Origin: Alphaproteobacteria bacterium | Lineage (GTDB): Bacteria > Pseudomonadota > Alphaproteobacteria > SP197 | Assembly (NCBI GenBank): GCA_965228895.1 | Contig: OZ245842.1 | Coordinates: 1,280,001-1,344,000 of the forward strand | Direction: 5' to 3' | Length of the DNA: 64,000 bases | Shown here: in pieces, positions 49,785-59,164 of the stretch | How the letters are laid out: every line of letters starts with the position of its first letter | Position numbering within the stretch: the stretch's first letter is position 1 | Notes under the pieces: generated by a model | The model's input: only the letters and a program-made list of their open reading frames with translations | Databases searched by the model: none | What the model was told of the DNA's origin: nothing | Program-made: the position numbers and the translations under genes

Positions 49785-50966
49785 ATGGCGAACACCGAAC
49801 CGCGCTTCGAGACAAGCGAGTATGCCGAGCGGCTGGCGAAAGTTCGCGGCGCGATGGAAGGCGCCGGCATCGAACTTTTGGTCGTCACCGATCCGTCGAA
49901 CATGGCGTGGCTGACCGGTTATGACGGCTGGTCGTTCTATGTCCACCAATGCGTCTTGGTGGCGGGCGACGGTCTGCCCATCTGGTTCGGCCGCGGCATG
50001 GATGGCCAAGGCGCCAAACGTACGGTCTACATGGATGACGATCACATCATCGGTTATCCCGACAACTACGTGCAGTCACGCGAACGTCACCCGATGGATT
50101 TCCTGTCAGCGATCATCGACGAGAAGGGCTGGAGTAGTGGGTCCATCGGCGTCGAGATGGACAACTACTACTTTTCCGCTGCTTGCTATCGATCGTTGAC
50201 GCAGCACTTGCCCAACGCGACGTTCGGCGATGCGACCGGCCTGGTGAATTGGCAACGCGCGGTCAAGTCTAAGACCGAACTCGCCTATATGAAAATAGCC
50301 GCCAGCATCGTTGACGCCATGCATGCCCGTATCCTCGAGCGCATGGAGCCGGGCATGCGCAAGAACGATCTGGTCGCCGATATCTATGAGGCCGGTATTC
50401 GCGGTGTCGACGGCCACGGCGGCGACTATCCGGCGATCGTTCCGATGCTGCCGACCGGCCCGGATGCCTCAGCGCCCCATTTGACCTGGGACGACAAGCC
50501 GCTGGAGACGGGCGCCGGGACTTTTTTCGAGATCGCCGGCTGTTATCACCGCTATCAATGCCCGTTGTCGCGCACGGTCTATCTGGGCAAACCGCCGCAG
50601 GCCTTTCTGGATGCCGAGCAGGCGATGCTGGAGGGTATCGAAGCGGCGCTGGATGCCGCGCGCACCGGCAATACCTGCGAGATGGTCGAGGCTGCGTGGC
50701 GCCAAGCCATCGCGCGCCACGGTCTGGAGAAGGAAAGCCGCTGCGGCTATGCCATCGGCTTGAGCTACCCGCCGGATTGGGGCGAGCGGACCATGAGTTT
50801 CCGGCCCGGCGACATGTCGGAACTGAAGACTGACATGACCTTTCATTTCATGCCGGCACTGTGGTTCGACGACTGGGGCATCGAGATCAGCGAGAGCATT
50901 CGCATTGACGAGCGCGGTGGTGAACCGCTCTGCAGGACGCCGCGCAGGCTCTTCATTAAGAGCTAG
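49785..50966 (+). CDS. doeA: Ectoine hydrolase DoeA/EutD (M24 fold)
   Basis: DPSNMAWLTGYDGWSFYVHQC, ERHPMD, GGDYPAIVP, SAPHLTW, SYPPDWGERTMS. Confidence 0.88.
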   Translation: MANTEPRFETSEYAERLAKVRGAMEGAGIELLVVTDPSNMAWLTGYDGWSFYVHQCVLVAGDGLPIWFGRGMDGQGAKRTVYMDDDHIIGYPDNYVQSRERHPMDFLSAIIDEKGWSSGSIGVEMDNYYFSAACYRSLTQHLPNATFGDATGLVNWQRAVKSKTELAYMKIAASIVDAMHARILERMEPGMRKNDLVADIYEAGIRGVDGHGGDYPAIVPMLPTGPDASAPHLTWDDKPLETGAGTFFEIAGCYHRYQCPLSRTVYLGKPPQAFLDAEQAMLEGIEAALDAARTGNTCEMVEAAWRQAIARHGLEKESRCGYAIGLSYPPDWGERTMSFRPGDMSELKTDMTFHFMPALWFDDWGIEISESIRIDERGGEPLCRTPRRLFIKS

Positions 50967-50992
50967 ACGCCAACTCCGGCCGGATAGACCTT

Positions 50993-52189
50993 TCACGTCC
51001 GTTCGATCATTTCCAGGAGCGCTTGCGGGTCATCCGCAAGTTCCAGGTTCGCACGCACGGTCATGTCGCGTTGCTTGAGGCGATGACGATAGGCCGGCGG
51101 ATAAAGATCAAGATGGTTCCCCATGCCCAGTTCGCGGGCGGCATCGACTGGCCAGTCCGCGCGCGCCATCAGCTCCCGCGCCATGGCGATCAGGTCGGCC
51201 TGGCCATGTCGCAGAATGGTCTCGGCTTGCTGTGCCTCGGTGATCAAGCCGACCGCCATGGTCGCGATGTCGGCATCACGCCTAATCGTCTCGGCGAAAC
51301 CGACCTGATAGCCGGGCAGGCGCACCAAAGGTGGCATGGCGCTATCGCCGTGAAACCCACCTGACGAGCAGTCAATGACATCGACACCGCAGTCTTTCAG
51401 TGCGCGGGCAAGCGCTACCGTGTCATCGAGGTCCCACACACCGCCCGGACCGTCGATGCAGGACGCGCGATAGAAGAGCGGCTTGTCGTCGGGCCACGCG
51501 GCCCGCACCGCGCGCGCGACGTCCAACGCGAAACGCATGCGGTTGTCACGGCTGCCGCCATAGTCATCATCGCGCTGGTTGGCGATCGGCGACAGGAACT
51601 GGTGGATCAGGTAGCCGTGGGCGCCGTGGATCTCACAGATCTCAAAATCCGCCTCCGCGGCGCGGCGCGCGGCTTCGGCGAAGGCGGTGATGACGGTGTC
51701 GATGTCGCCCTTGTCCATGGCGTGCGGCAAGGGTCGGCCCGGTTCGCCCGGCAAGGCGCTCGGCGCAAGGGTCGTCCATGGCGGACATCCGTCGCGGGCA
51801 TCCCGTTCGGTCAGCGGGGCCCAGTCGTGCATGGCGTCATGACACGAGCCCTTGCGTCCGCTATGACCGAGTTGGATGGCCGGTACCGCTTCCAGGCTTT
51901 TCAACAGAGCAGTGATACGCCGGTAGGTGGGGATCTGCCGGTCATCCCACAAACCGGCGCAGCGGTAGGTCTTGCGGCCGCGCGCCTCGACGGCGGTCTC
52001 TTCACAGAAAACGATGCCCGCGCCGCCAATGGCAAACCGTACGAGGTGGGCGAGGTGCCAATCGGTCGGCGTGCCGTCATCGGACGCGTACTGGCACATG
52101 GGCGAGACAACGATCCGGTTGCGCGCGGTAACCCCGCGCAAACGAATCGGCCTGAACAGCAGGGCATCGCCTGTGCCGGTGTCACTCAT
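50993..52189 (-). CDS. NADH:flavin oxidoreductase (OYE family, YqjM/NamA-like)
   Basis: NRIVVSPMCQY, IQLGHSGRKG, HGAHGYLIHQFLSP, PGYQV. Confidence 0.92.
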   Translation of the reverse strand: MSDTGTGDALLFRPIRLRGVTARNRIVVSPMCQYASDDGTPTDWHLAHLVRFAIGGAGIVFCEETAVEARGRKTYRCAGLWDDRQIPTYRRITALLKSLEAVPAIQLGHSGRKGSCHDAMHDWAPLTERDARDGCPPWTTLAPSALPGEPGRPLPHAMDKGDIDTVITAFAEAARRAAEADFEICEIHGAHGYLIHQFLSPIANQRDDDYGGSRDNRMRFALDVARAVRAAWPDDKPLFYRASCIDGPGGVWDLDDTVALARALKDCGVDVIDCSSGGFHGDSAMPPLVRLPGYQVGFAETIRRDADIATMAVGLITEAQQAETILRHGQADLIAMARELMARADWPVDAARELGMGNHLDLYPPAYRHRLKQRDMTVRANLELADDPQALLEMIERT

Positions 52190-52231
52190 TGAACGCGATC
52201 GGGTCCAGCCATCGCGCCGATCATACCGCCA

Positions 52232-53413
52232 TCACGGCAGAAGTGCTGTTTCGAAGGGAAATGCGCTCATGACGTCGCAGCCCGTCTCGGTCACCAGAAC
52301 CTGTTGCTCCAGCTTGACCCCTTGGCCGCCGTGTTCGGAGCCGATGAAACTCTCGATGCAGATGACCATCCCGGCCTCAAGCCGGCCTTCGGTGCCCAGC
52401 TTTTCCCAGTCGCAAGGATAGGGGATCACCGGCCACTCATCGCCCATGCCGATGCCATGCGCCATGATATCGTAACGGTGGCGGACGAACTCGTCGGGCA
52501 GCTGCCAGCTCTTGTCCGAGAGCTCACGGAATTCAATGCCCGCTTTGACAAGGTCAAGGTTGAACGTGAGTTTTTCATACGCCAGGCCGTAGAGGCGTTT
52601 GTGCTCGTGCGTGGGCGGGGTGTCGCCACACAGAAACGTGCGTGAGACGTCGGCGCTGTAGCCCTCGGGGCCGATCATGCCGCAATCGAAGGCGAGGAAT
52701 TCGCCGTCGGCGATTTTGCGCGGCCCACATTGCTGGCCCCAGGGGTTGGCGTGGTCGCCCGCCGCCATCAGCCGATACTCGATCCAGCCGCCGCCCATTT
52801 CGATATTGGTCTGTTGCAGAATGGCGAACATGTCGTTTTCGCTGACACCAGGCACGAGCGCGTCGTGAATTCGACCCATGGCGATGTCGGCGACGGCGAC
52901 CGAGTTCTTAAGGCAGGCGACTTCATCCGGCGATTTGATCGCGGTGGCCTGCTCGACCAGCCGCTCGGCACTGATGATGTCGAATCCCTCAGCCGCGAGC
53001 GCCGTATAGGCGTGCGGTTCAATGAGGTCGACAGCGATACGGTTGCCGCCGCTCTTTTCGCGGATGCAGTCCGCAACGAGCCCGGACCAGATCCCCGCAT
53101 TCCTGTCGGTCAGCTCACCGGCTGGAAAGTAGGTATAGGTCGGAGACGGTCGGATTTCGTCGACGGTATTCAGGTCTGACGGTCGCGTTTGTCCATGGGT
53201 TACGGTGAAGATCGTCGCCAGCCCTTCTGCCGGTACGACGGCGCAGCGGGCGGGCGTGTGCATGTTGAAGATCATGGCGTCGTCGAGGCCGGTCGCGTAT
53301 CGGGCGTTGACTGGGTTGAGCAACACGGCCGCGGCGCAGTTATGGCGCTTGAGTTCGGTCTGCAGGCGGCCCAGGCGGTAGGCCTGCATGCGGTCGAGAT
53401 CGAAGTCGTGCAT
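52232..53413 (-). CDS. M24 family enzyme, DddP-like
   Basis: YRLGRL..L, NARYAT, NPWGQQCG, AFDCG..ADVSRT, YDIMAHGIGMGDEWP, CIES, KLEQQ. Confidence 0.8.
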   Translation of the reverse strand: MHDFDLDRMQAYRLGRLQTELKRHNCAAAVLLNPVNARYATGLDDAMIFNMHTPARCAVVPAEGLATIFTVTHGQTRPSDLNTVDEIRPSPTYTYFPAGELTDRNAGIWSGLVADCIREKSGGNRIAVDLIEPHAYTALAAEGFDIISAERLVEQATAIKSPDEVACLKNSVAVADIAMGRIHDALVPGVSENDMFAILQQTNIEMGGGWIEYRLMAAGDHANPWGQQCGPRKIADGEFLAFDCGMIGPEGYSADVSRTFLCGDTPPTHEHKRLYGLAYEKLTFNLDLVKAGIEFRELSDKSWQLPDEFVRHRYDIMAHGIGMGDEWPVIPYPCDWEKLGTEGRLEAGMVICIESFIGSEHGGQGVKLEQQVLVTETGCDVMSAFPFETALLP

Positions 53414-53426
53414 GGTTGATTCCCCG

Positions 53427-54602
53427 CTAAAGCATGGCCTTGACGATCCGGCGCGACAATTCCAGTGGCGCTTCGTCCCAATAGGGCGAGAACCGGCCGC
53501 CATCATAGCCGGGCGAAAGCCTGCCGCGTTGAAGCCGGGCGATGACGCCAAGATCTTCCTTGTTCAGGTCATGCCAGGTGTCGAACACCGCCTGGCGCTG
53601 GGCGGCGAACTGCTGGCCCTCGGCCGCTTCGCCAATCAGGTAGATGTCGATTTGTTCACGCGAGGTCGCCGGTGTCAGCGGTGTGACAAGGAAGGTCGCG
53701 ATGTGGTCGGGGTAGATCTCAAAGGCGAAGTTCGGCACCGCGACGAACCACATACCGCGCGACGCCAGTTCCTCCGTCAGATCCGGAAAGTAGGGCAGGC
53801 CAACGCCGCGGCCCTCCTCGGGCTCGCGAAACTGATAGAAGTTCCACAACACGTGATCGTCGCACTTGGACGGCTCCCGCTCGGCCATGGGCACGAAGCT
53901 GTGCAGGCGCGGATGCGCGGCGAAGACGTGATAGGGCTCGATGTAGTTCTCCAACGCCAATTTCCAGTTACACGCGACATCGAAATCAAGGGAACCGGCG
54001 TAGCGCGCGGCATCGATGTCATAACCGTCGCAGCGTTGGGCGATCGGCGCGATAAAGTCGTCGAACGACCCGGCTTGGCCATCGATGTTGACGAAGATCC
54101 AATGGTGCCAGACGGCTGTGGCAACCGATTTCAGTCCCGGTCCGCCGCCGTCGGCGATGACGTCGTGCTTGTCACCGCCATGAAAGTGCGGCCGTGTCCT
54201 GAGCGCGCCGGTCAGATCGTAGGCCCAGGCGTGATAGGGGCAGGTCAGCATGGCCAGGCCGCAAGCCTTTTCTTCTAGAAGTGTCGCGCCGCGATGGCGG
54301 CAGACGTTGTGGAAACCGCGCACGACGCCATCCCTATCGCGTACGAGCATGATCGGCATACCGCCAATATCGACCGGCACCGCATCGCCGGGGCCCGGGA
54401 GATCGTGGGTGTAACCGGCAAAACACCAGGTGCGGGCAAAAAGCCGTTCGTTCTCCAACCGCTGCCAGGTCTCGCTGGTGTAGGCGACATTTGGCAGCCC
54501 TGACGCTTCGGCAAGCGGCAGGTCGAGACGCTGGAGCGCGTCGTGGCCCAACATGGCCACGACATCACCCTCAGCCCTTGACCGTTCAGGCGGCACACCC
54601 AT
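53427..54602 (-). CDS. Rieske oxygenase alpha subunit (choline monooxygenase/betaine demethylase-like)
   Basis: CRHRG...CPYH, NWKLALENYIEPYH..AAH, ED...RLQRGR; GGAGG RBS before 54602. Confidence 0.9.
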   Translation of the reverse strand: MGVPPERSRAEGDVVAMLGHDALQRLDLPLAEASGLPNVAYTSETWQRLENERLFARTWCFAGYTHDLPGPGDAVPVDIGGMPIMLVRDRDGVVRGFHNVCRHRGATLLEEKACGLAMLTCPYHAWAYDLTGALRTRPHFHGGDKHDVIADGGGPGLKSVATAVWHHWIFVNIDGQAGSFDDFIAPIAQRCDGYDIDAARYAGSLDFDVACNWKLALENYIEPYHVFAAHPRLHSFVPMAEREPSKCDDHVLWNFYQFREPEEGRGVGLPYFPDLTEELASRGMWFVAVPNFAFEIYPDHIATFLVTPLTPATSREQIDIYLIGEAAEGQQFAAQRQAVFDTWHDLNKEDLGVIARLQRGRLSPGYDGGRFSPYWDEAPLELSRRIVKAML

Positions 54603-54759
54603 CACAACCTCCAGGCTTTGGCGAACATCGAACACCGCTGGGATGAACTGGGGACGGTACTTATACGGATTGTAAAAAAATCGGCAATATGTTAACCCGC
54701 AAAAAAATCGTCGGTCCGAGCTCGATAACCGACCACGCGCGCTATCCGGTGAGATCTCC

Positions 54760-56721
54760 ATGAGCAGCTTTCCCCACCTTTTTTCGCCGGTCGACCTGGG
54801 CGGCTTGACCATCAAGAACCGCCTGTTCTTTCCGCCTCATGGCACGTCGCTGGTCGAAGATGGCAAGGTCGGCGACCGGTTGGTGGCCTATCACGAGGCC
54901 CGTGCGAAGGGCGGTGTCGGATTGGTCATTATCGAGGGCATGTCGATGCACCCCTCGTTCGACAACCCATCGAAATACATCTCCGGCGGCGATCCCGACG
55001 TGGTGCCCGGCTTCTCCCGCTTGGCTCGCTCGCTGCACCGTCATGACTGCAAGCTGTTCGGCCAGTTGTTTCATCCCGGCGCGTCGAACCGCGCGTCGGC
55101 CGACGGGTCCAAGCGGGCGGCCTTTGCGCCATCGGACGTGCCCCATGACCGCTACGGCCTGATCCCCTATCCCGCGCCCGCCGACTGGATCTGGGAGGTC
55201 ATCGAGGCCTATGGCCGGGCTGGCGGGCACATGCGCGAGGCCGGTTTCGATGGTGTCGAGGTATTGGCGAGCATGGGGTATCTGGTCGCCCAATTCCTCA
55301 ACCCGCGCACCAATCTGCGCGATGACGAATTCGGCGGCAGCTTTGAGAACCGCATGCGGTTCCTGTTCGAGGTCCTGAAAGTGATTCGCGCGCGAACCGA
55401 TGCGGAAACCGTCATTGGCGTGCGAGTCTCCGCTGACGAGATGGCAGAGGAAGGCCTCCATGTCGACGAGACCCTGGATATCTGCGACGCGCTCGATGCC
55501 AGCGGCCTGGTGGACTACATCAACGTCATCGGCGGTTACTCGGGTTCCGCGTCGGGATGGCTGCACGTCTTTCCCTCGATGGCCGTGCCGCACGGCTATT
55601 GGGCGCCGCAGGCCGCCGCCATCCGCCAGCGGATTTCGAAGCCCGTCCTGGTCGGTGGCCGCATCAATCAGCCGCAACTGGCCGAAGAGGTTATCGCCCA
55701 GGGTCAGGCGGACATGGTCGGCATGGTGCGCGCGCTGATTTGCGACCCCGACTTGCCGGTCAAGGCCGAGAAGGGGCGATACGACGACATTCGCGCCTGC
55801 ATCGGCTGCAACCAGGCCTGTGTCGGACACCGGCTTTCGTACTATCCGATATCATGCATTCAACATCCGGAGACCGGCCGCGAGACGCAGTTCGCCCATA
55901 ACAAGTCGCTGGCGAGCGAACCGAAAAAGGTGCTTGTCATCGGCGGCGGTCCAGGCGGTATGAAGGCCGCGGCCATCGCCGCCGAGCGTGGCCACGATGT
56001 GACATTGGTCGAAAAAGACAGCCAACTTGGTGGTCAGGCGCGGCTCGCACAGATGCTGCCGGGGCGCGAAGAGTTCGGTGGTATCGTCACCAACTTCGAA
56101 CGGGAAATGGAGGTCGCCGGCGTTAAGGTCGAACGCAACCTGGAGGCCGACGCGGCGTTTGTGCGTGAACGCGCACCCGATGCGGTCATCATCGCCACCG
56201 GTGCCCTGCCGCGCCGTCCCGAGCTGGAAGGTGCCGATGGCGCCCATGTGGTCGATGCCTGGTCCGTCATTCGTGGTGAGGCAAACGTCGGCGGTTCCGT
56301 CGTTATCGCCGACTGGGCGTGTGACTGGATCGGCATCGGGGTCGCCGAAAAGCTCGCGCGGGACGGCTGCCGGGTTCGCCTCGCGGTCAACGGCATCGCG
56401 CCGGGCGCGCAGATTAACGAGATCGTCAGGGATCACGGCATCGGTGATCTGCACAAACTGGGCGTCGAGGTCATCACCCATGCCGGTCTGTTCGGCGCCG
56501 ACGAATCAAGCGTCTACTTCCAGCACACCATCAACCGCGAGCCGATCATCTGTGACGATGTCGACACGCTTGTCCTGGCCCAGGGCCACAACCGCGTGGC
56601 CGATCTGGTCGGGACCTTGGCCGCCATCGGCATGCCCGCTACGCTGATCGGCGACGCGCTCAGCCCGCGCACCGCCGAAGAGGCCGTCCTGGAAGGTCTG
56701 AAAGCGGCCATGGCGCTATGA
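54760..56721 (+). CDS. Multidomain FMN/[4Fe-4S]/FAD oxidoreductase (dienoyl-CoA reductase/N-methylproline demethylase-like)
   Basis: OYE barrel, CIGCNQAC...C cluster motif, IGGGPGG, ATG, IGDA. Confidence 0.9.
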   Translation: MSSFPHLFSPVDLGGLTIKNRLFFPPHGTSLVEDGKVGDRLVAYHEARAKGGVGLVIIEGMSMHPSFDNPSKYISGGDPDVVPGFSRLARSLHRHDCKLFGQLFHPGASNRASADGSKRAAFAPSDVPHDRYGLIPYPAPADWIWEVIEAYGRAGGHMREAGFDGVEVLASMGYLVAQFLNPRTNLRDDEFGGSFENRMRFLFEVLKVIRARTDAETVIGVRVSADEMAEEGLHVDETLDICDALDASGLVDYINVIGGYSGSASGWLHVFPSMAVPHGYWAPQAAAIRQRISKPVLVGGRINQPQLAEEVIAQGQADMVGMVRALICDPDLPVKAEKGRYDDIRACIGCNQACVGHRLSYYPISCIQHPETGRETQFAHNKSLASEPKKVLVIGGGPGGMKAAAIAAERGHDVTLVEKDSQLGGQARLAQMLPGREEFGGIVTNFEREMEVAGVKVERNLEADAAFVRERAPDAVIIATGALPRRPELEGADGAHVVDAWSVIRGEANVGGSVVIADWACDWIGIGVAEKLARDGCRVRLAVNGIAPGAQINEIVRDHGIGDLHKLGVEVITHAGLFGADESSVYFQHTINREPIICDDVDTLVLAQGHNRVADLVGTLAAIGMPATLIGDALSPRTAEEAVLEGLKAAMAL

Positions 56722-56736
56722 CAGGAGCCTGACCTC

Positions 56737-57420
56737 GTGGCCAAACCCGATAGCGACACTGAGAAGGCCGCCGTGCAGGCCGAGCAGGCCGGCGATACCG
56801 ACGCTATCGCGGCACGGCTTGGCCACGATATTCACGGCCTGAGAAAGGCGCGCGGCATGACGCTGGCCGACCTTGCCGAGCGCACGGGTCGTTCGGTCGG
56901 ATTTCTCAGTCAGATCGAAAACGGGCTTAAGAAACCGTCGGTCGGCACGTTGCAAAGTATCAGCGATGCGCTTGGGATCACAATCGGCTGGTTCTTCCAG
57001 AACGATATGGCCGGTGAGGCGGGAGAGCGCCGCTTTATCGTGCGTCACGACCAGCGACGGCGGCTCTCCTATTCCAGTCTCGCGACATCCGATTACCTGG
57101 GCATGAACGATTACCTGGTATCGCCGACGTTGACGGGACAGCACGCGATGGTGCTCAGCGAGTTCGAACCTGGCGCGTCGTCGGGTGACGACACCTATGG
57201 CCATGAGGGCGAGGAGTCCGGATTTCTTCTGTCGGGCGTTCTTGATGTCCAGATCGGTGATGACGTCTACCACTTGGAGCCTGGCGACAGCTTCCTGTTC
57301 GAAAGCCACCTACCGCATCGCTATCACAACCCGGGTGATGAGGTTGCTGTCGTCCTGATGACATTGCTGCCCGTCGCGTTGCGGTACGGGCATTCCGTCG
57401 ACGATGGTGAAGCCGATTGA
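56737..57420 (+). CDS. XRE-family HTH plus cupin regulator (PuuR-like)
   Basis: TLADLAERTGRSVGFLSQIENG, HEGEE, PHRY. Confidence 0.9.
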   Translation: MAKPDSDTEKAAVQAEQAGDTDAIAARLGHDIHGLRKARGMTLADLAERTGRSVGFLSQIENGLKKPSVGTLQSISDALGITIGWFFQNDMAGEAGERRFIVRHDQRRRLSYSSLATSDYLGMNDYLVSPTLTGQHAMVLSEFEPGASSGDDTYGHEGEESGFLLSGVLDVQIGDDVYHLEPGDSFLFESHLPHRYHNPGDEVAVVLMTLLPVALRYGHSVDDGEAD

Positions 57421-57444
57421 CGTGGTGAGATCAAACGTACGCGT

Positions 57445-58008
57445 TCAGTAAACCTTGATGCGATAGATCTCCGCCTTGCACTGGCAGGTATCGGTGCGGT
57501 CAACACAACGGAACTCTCCGGCGTCGCAGCGCGCCTTCCAGTAGGAATCCATACTCGTCCAGAACTCGTAGCCCAGACGCTCCATCAGTTCCTTCACCTT
57601 TGACGAGCTCGGCCCGCGCCTGAACGTGATGATCAGCTTGTCGGCGCCGTAACCGACGATGTGGTCGTGCAACACGCGCAACAGTTTCGTGCCGATGCCG
57701 GCGCCCCGATGTTCCGGCGAAACCGCAACCGTTTCGATGACACCAAGGCGACCTTTGGCATCCGCCTCGGCGATATCGGCGGGGACATCGCTGATTTGTT
57801 GATCCAGAAAACCGGCAAGGCCGTGTTCGGGCAGAAGCCGGCCGCTGGTGAAACCGATGACCTCGTCACCCTCGGTCGCGACAAGGGCAAGGGTGTCGGG
57901 ATGGCGCCAGTCATCACCGGGCCCCTCGAAGAATCCTTCTCCGAAAATTCGGTCTGTCAAAGCCGTCACTGCCTCCTGCAGGGACGTTCGGTATTCTTCT
58001 ATGCGCAC
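57445..58008 (-). CDS. GNAT family N-acetyltransferase
   Basis: VAVSPEHRGAGIGTKL, RLGY. Confidence 0.8.
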   Translation of the reverse strand: MRIEEYRTSLQEAVTALTDRIFGEGFFEGPGDDWRHPDTLALVATEGDEVIGFTSGRLLPEHGLAGFLDQQISDVPADIAEADAKGRLGVIETVAVSPEHRGAGIGTKLLRVLHDHIVGYGADKLIITFRRGPSSSKVKELMERLGYEFWTSMDSYWKARCDAGEFRCVDRTDTCQCKAEIYRIKVY

Positions 58009-58204
58009 TCTTTTGTCCCCACTCAGCCCACAGCAACGGTGTCATCTGAACACGATGACGCTGCCTTTGGGAAGGCGGATCATCGCGATTGATCTGCAGT
58101 TTCAAGTTGCCGATCTCTAATCGTCCACTATTATTTGTAGGCGTAATTGCGCCTTGTAACCCTAGCTTCAGTCTCTACGTCATAAGGGTGGAGGGAGCTA
58201 AGCG

Positions 58205-58636
58205 ATGAACGTAAACAGTATTCTGCAAACGAAGGGTGACCGAGTCGTAACCGCACGGCCGGATTGGGCCGTGTCCGAACTGGCCCGACAGCTGCGGACC
58301 GAACGGATCGGTGCGCTGGTGGTGAGTGAGGATGACCGGCAAATCGCCGGCATCGTGTCGGAACGCGATATCGTCCGTTGCCTTGCCGAACGTGGCGCCG
58401 CCGCACTCGACTGCCGGGTAAGCGAAATCATGCAGGCCGACGTGGTGACGGTGACACCGGAAGAAGCGATCGAGGACGTCATGGGCAAAATGACCAGCCA
58501 TCGTATTCGCCATCTTCCCGTGGTTGTCGACGGCAAGCTGGCCGGCATCATCAGCATCGGCGACGTGGTGAAACACCGGCTGGAAGCGCTGGAGTCCGAG
58601 ACCCAGGCCATGCGCCACTATATCGCCGGTCACTAA
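58205..58636 (+). CDS. CBS domain pair protein
   Basis: IGALVV, GIVSERDIV, IRHLPVV, GIISIGDVVK. Confidence 0.93.
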   Translation: MNVNSILQTKGDRVVTARPDWAVSELARQLRTERIGALVVSEDDRQIAGIVSERDIVRCLAERGAAALDCRVSEIMQADVVTVTPEEAIEDVMGKMTSHRIRHLPVVVDGKLAGIISIGDVVKHRLEALESETQAMRHYIAGH

Positions 58637-58666
58637 CCGCGGCGGGACCGCCGGCTAACCAGGCAT

Positions 58667-59077
58667 TTATTCGGCCGGCGGCATGTCTTCGAAGGCAGGC
58701 AGGCTGGCGTCCATGACGTCCCATGGCGCCGCGCGCTTTGTGTAGACCACCAGTTGCGGGCGAAACACGGTGGGATCATCAAGACTGGACGCGCGGATGA
58801 AGGCCATGCCGGGCATGCCTGTGTTGCGTGAATAGACTGCCGATCCGCAGGTCGGGCAGAAACCGCGGCTGACGACGTTGCCGCTATCGGCGGGTTTGTC
58901 GAAGAAACTGACCTCGCCGCTAACACCGAAGGCATCCTCCGGCACACCCAGATGACTGCCATGTCCGGTGCCGCTGGTCCGGCGGCAATCGTCGCAATGG
59001 CAATGGCCGGCGATGGCGGGTTCCGCCGATACCTCGTACCTGACGGCGCCGCACAGACAACCTCCCGAAAAACTCAT
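58667..59077 (-). CDS. GFA family Zn protein
   Basis: GGCLCGAVRY, CHCDDCRR, FCPTCGS. Confidence 0.92.
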   Translation of the reverse strand: MSFSGGCLCGAVRYEVSAEPAIAGHCHCDDCRRTSGTGHGSHLGVPEDAFGVSGEVSFFDKPADSGNVVSRGFCPTCGSAVYSRNTGMPGMAFIRASSLDDPTVFRPQLVVYTKRAAPWDVMDASLPAFEDMPPAE

Positions 59078-59094
59078 GATCGTCTCTCCCTCAA

Positions 59095-59149
59095 TTCACT
59101 TGCGAAATGCAACTTAAACTGAAGTGATTGATTGCATTTGGCAAGTGAA
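59095..59149. promoter_or_regulatory. Paired HxlR-type operators (18-bp inverted repeat)
   Basis: TTCACTTGCGAAATGCAA (59095-59112) and TTGCATTTGGCAAGTGAA (59132-59149), one mismatch. Confidence 0.7.
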
Positions 59150-59164
59150 ATAAACAATGAGGTG

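Noticed and set aside
58089-58105. FNR/FixK box upstream of the CBS gene
   Set aside because: TTGATCTGCAGTTTCAA does not match the TTGAT-N4-ATCAA spacing.
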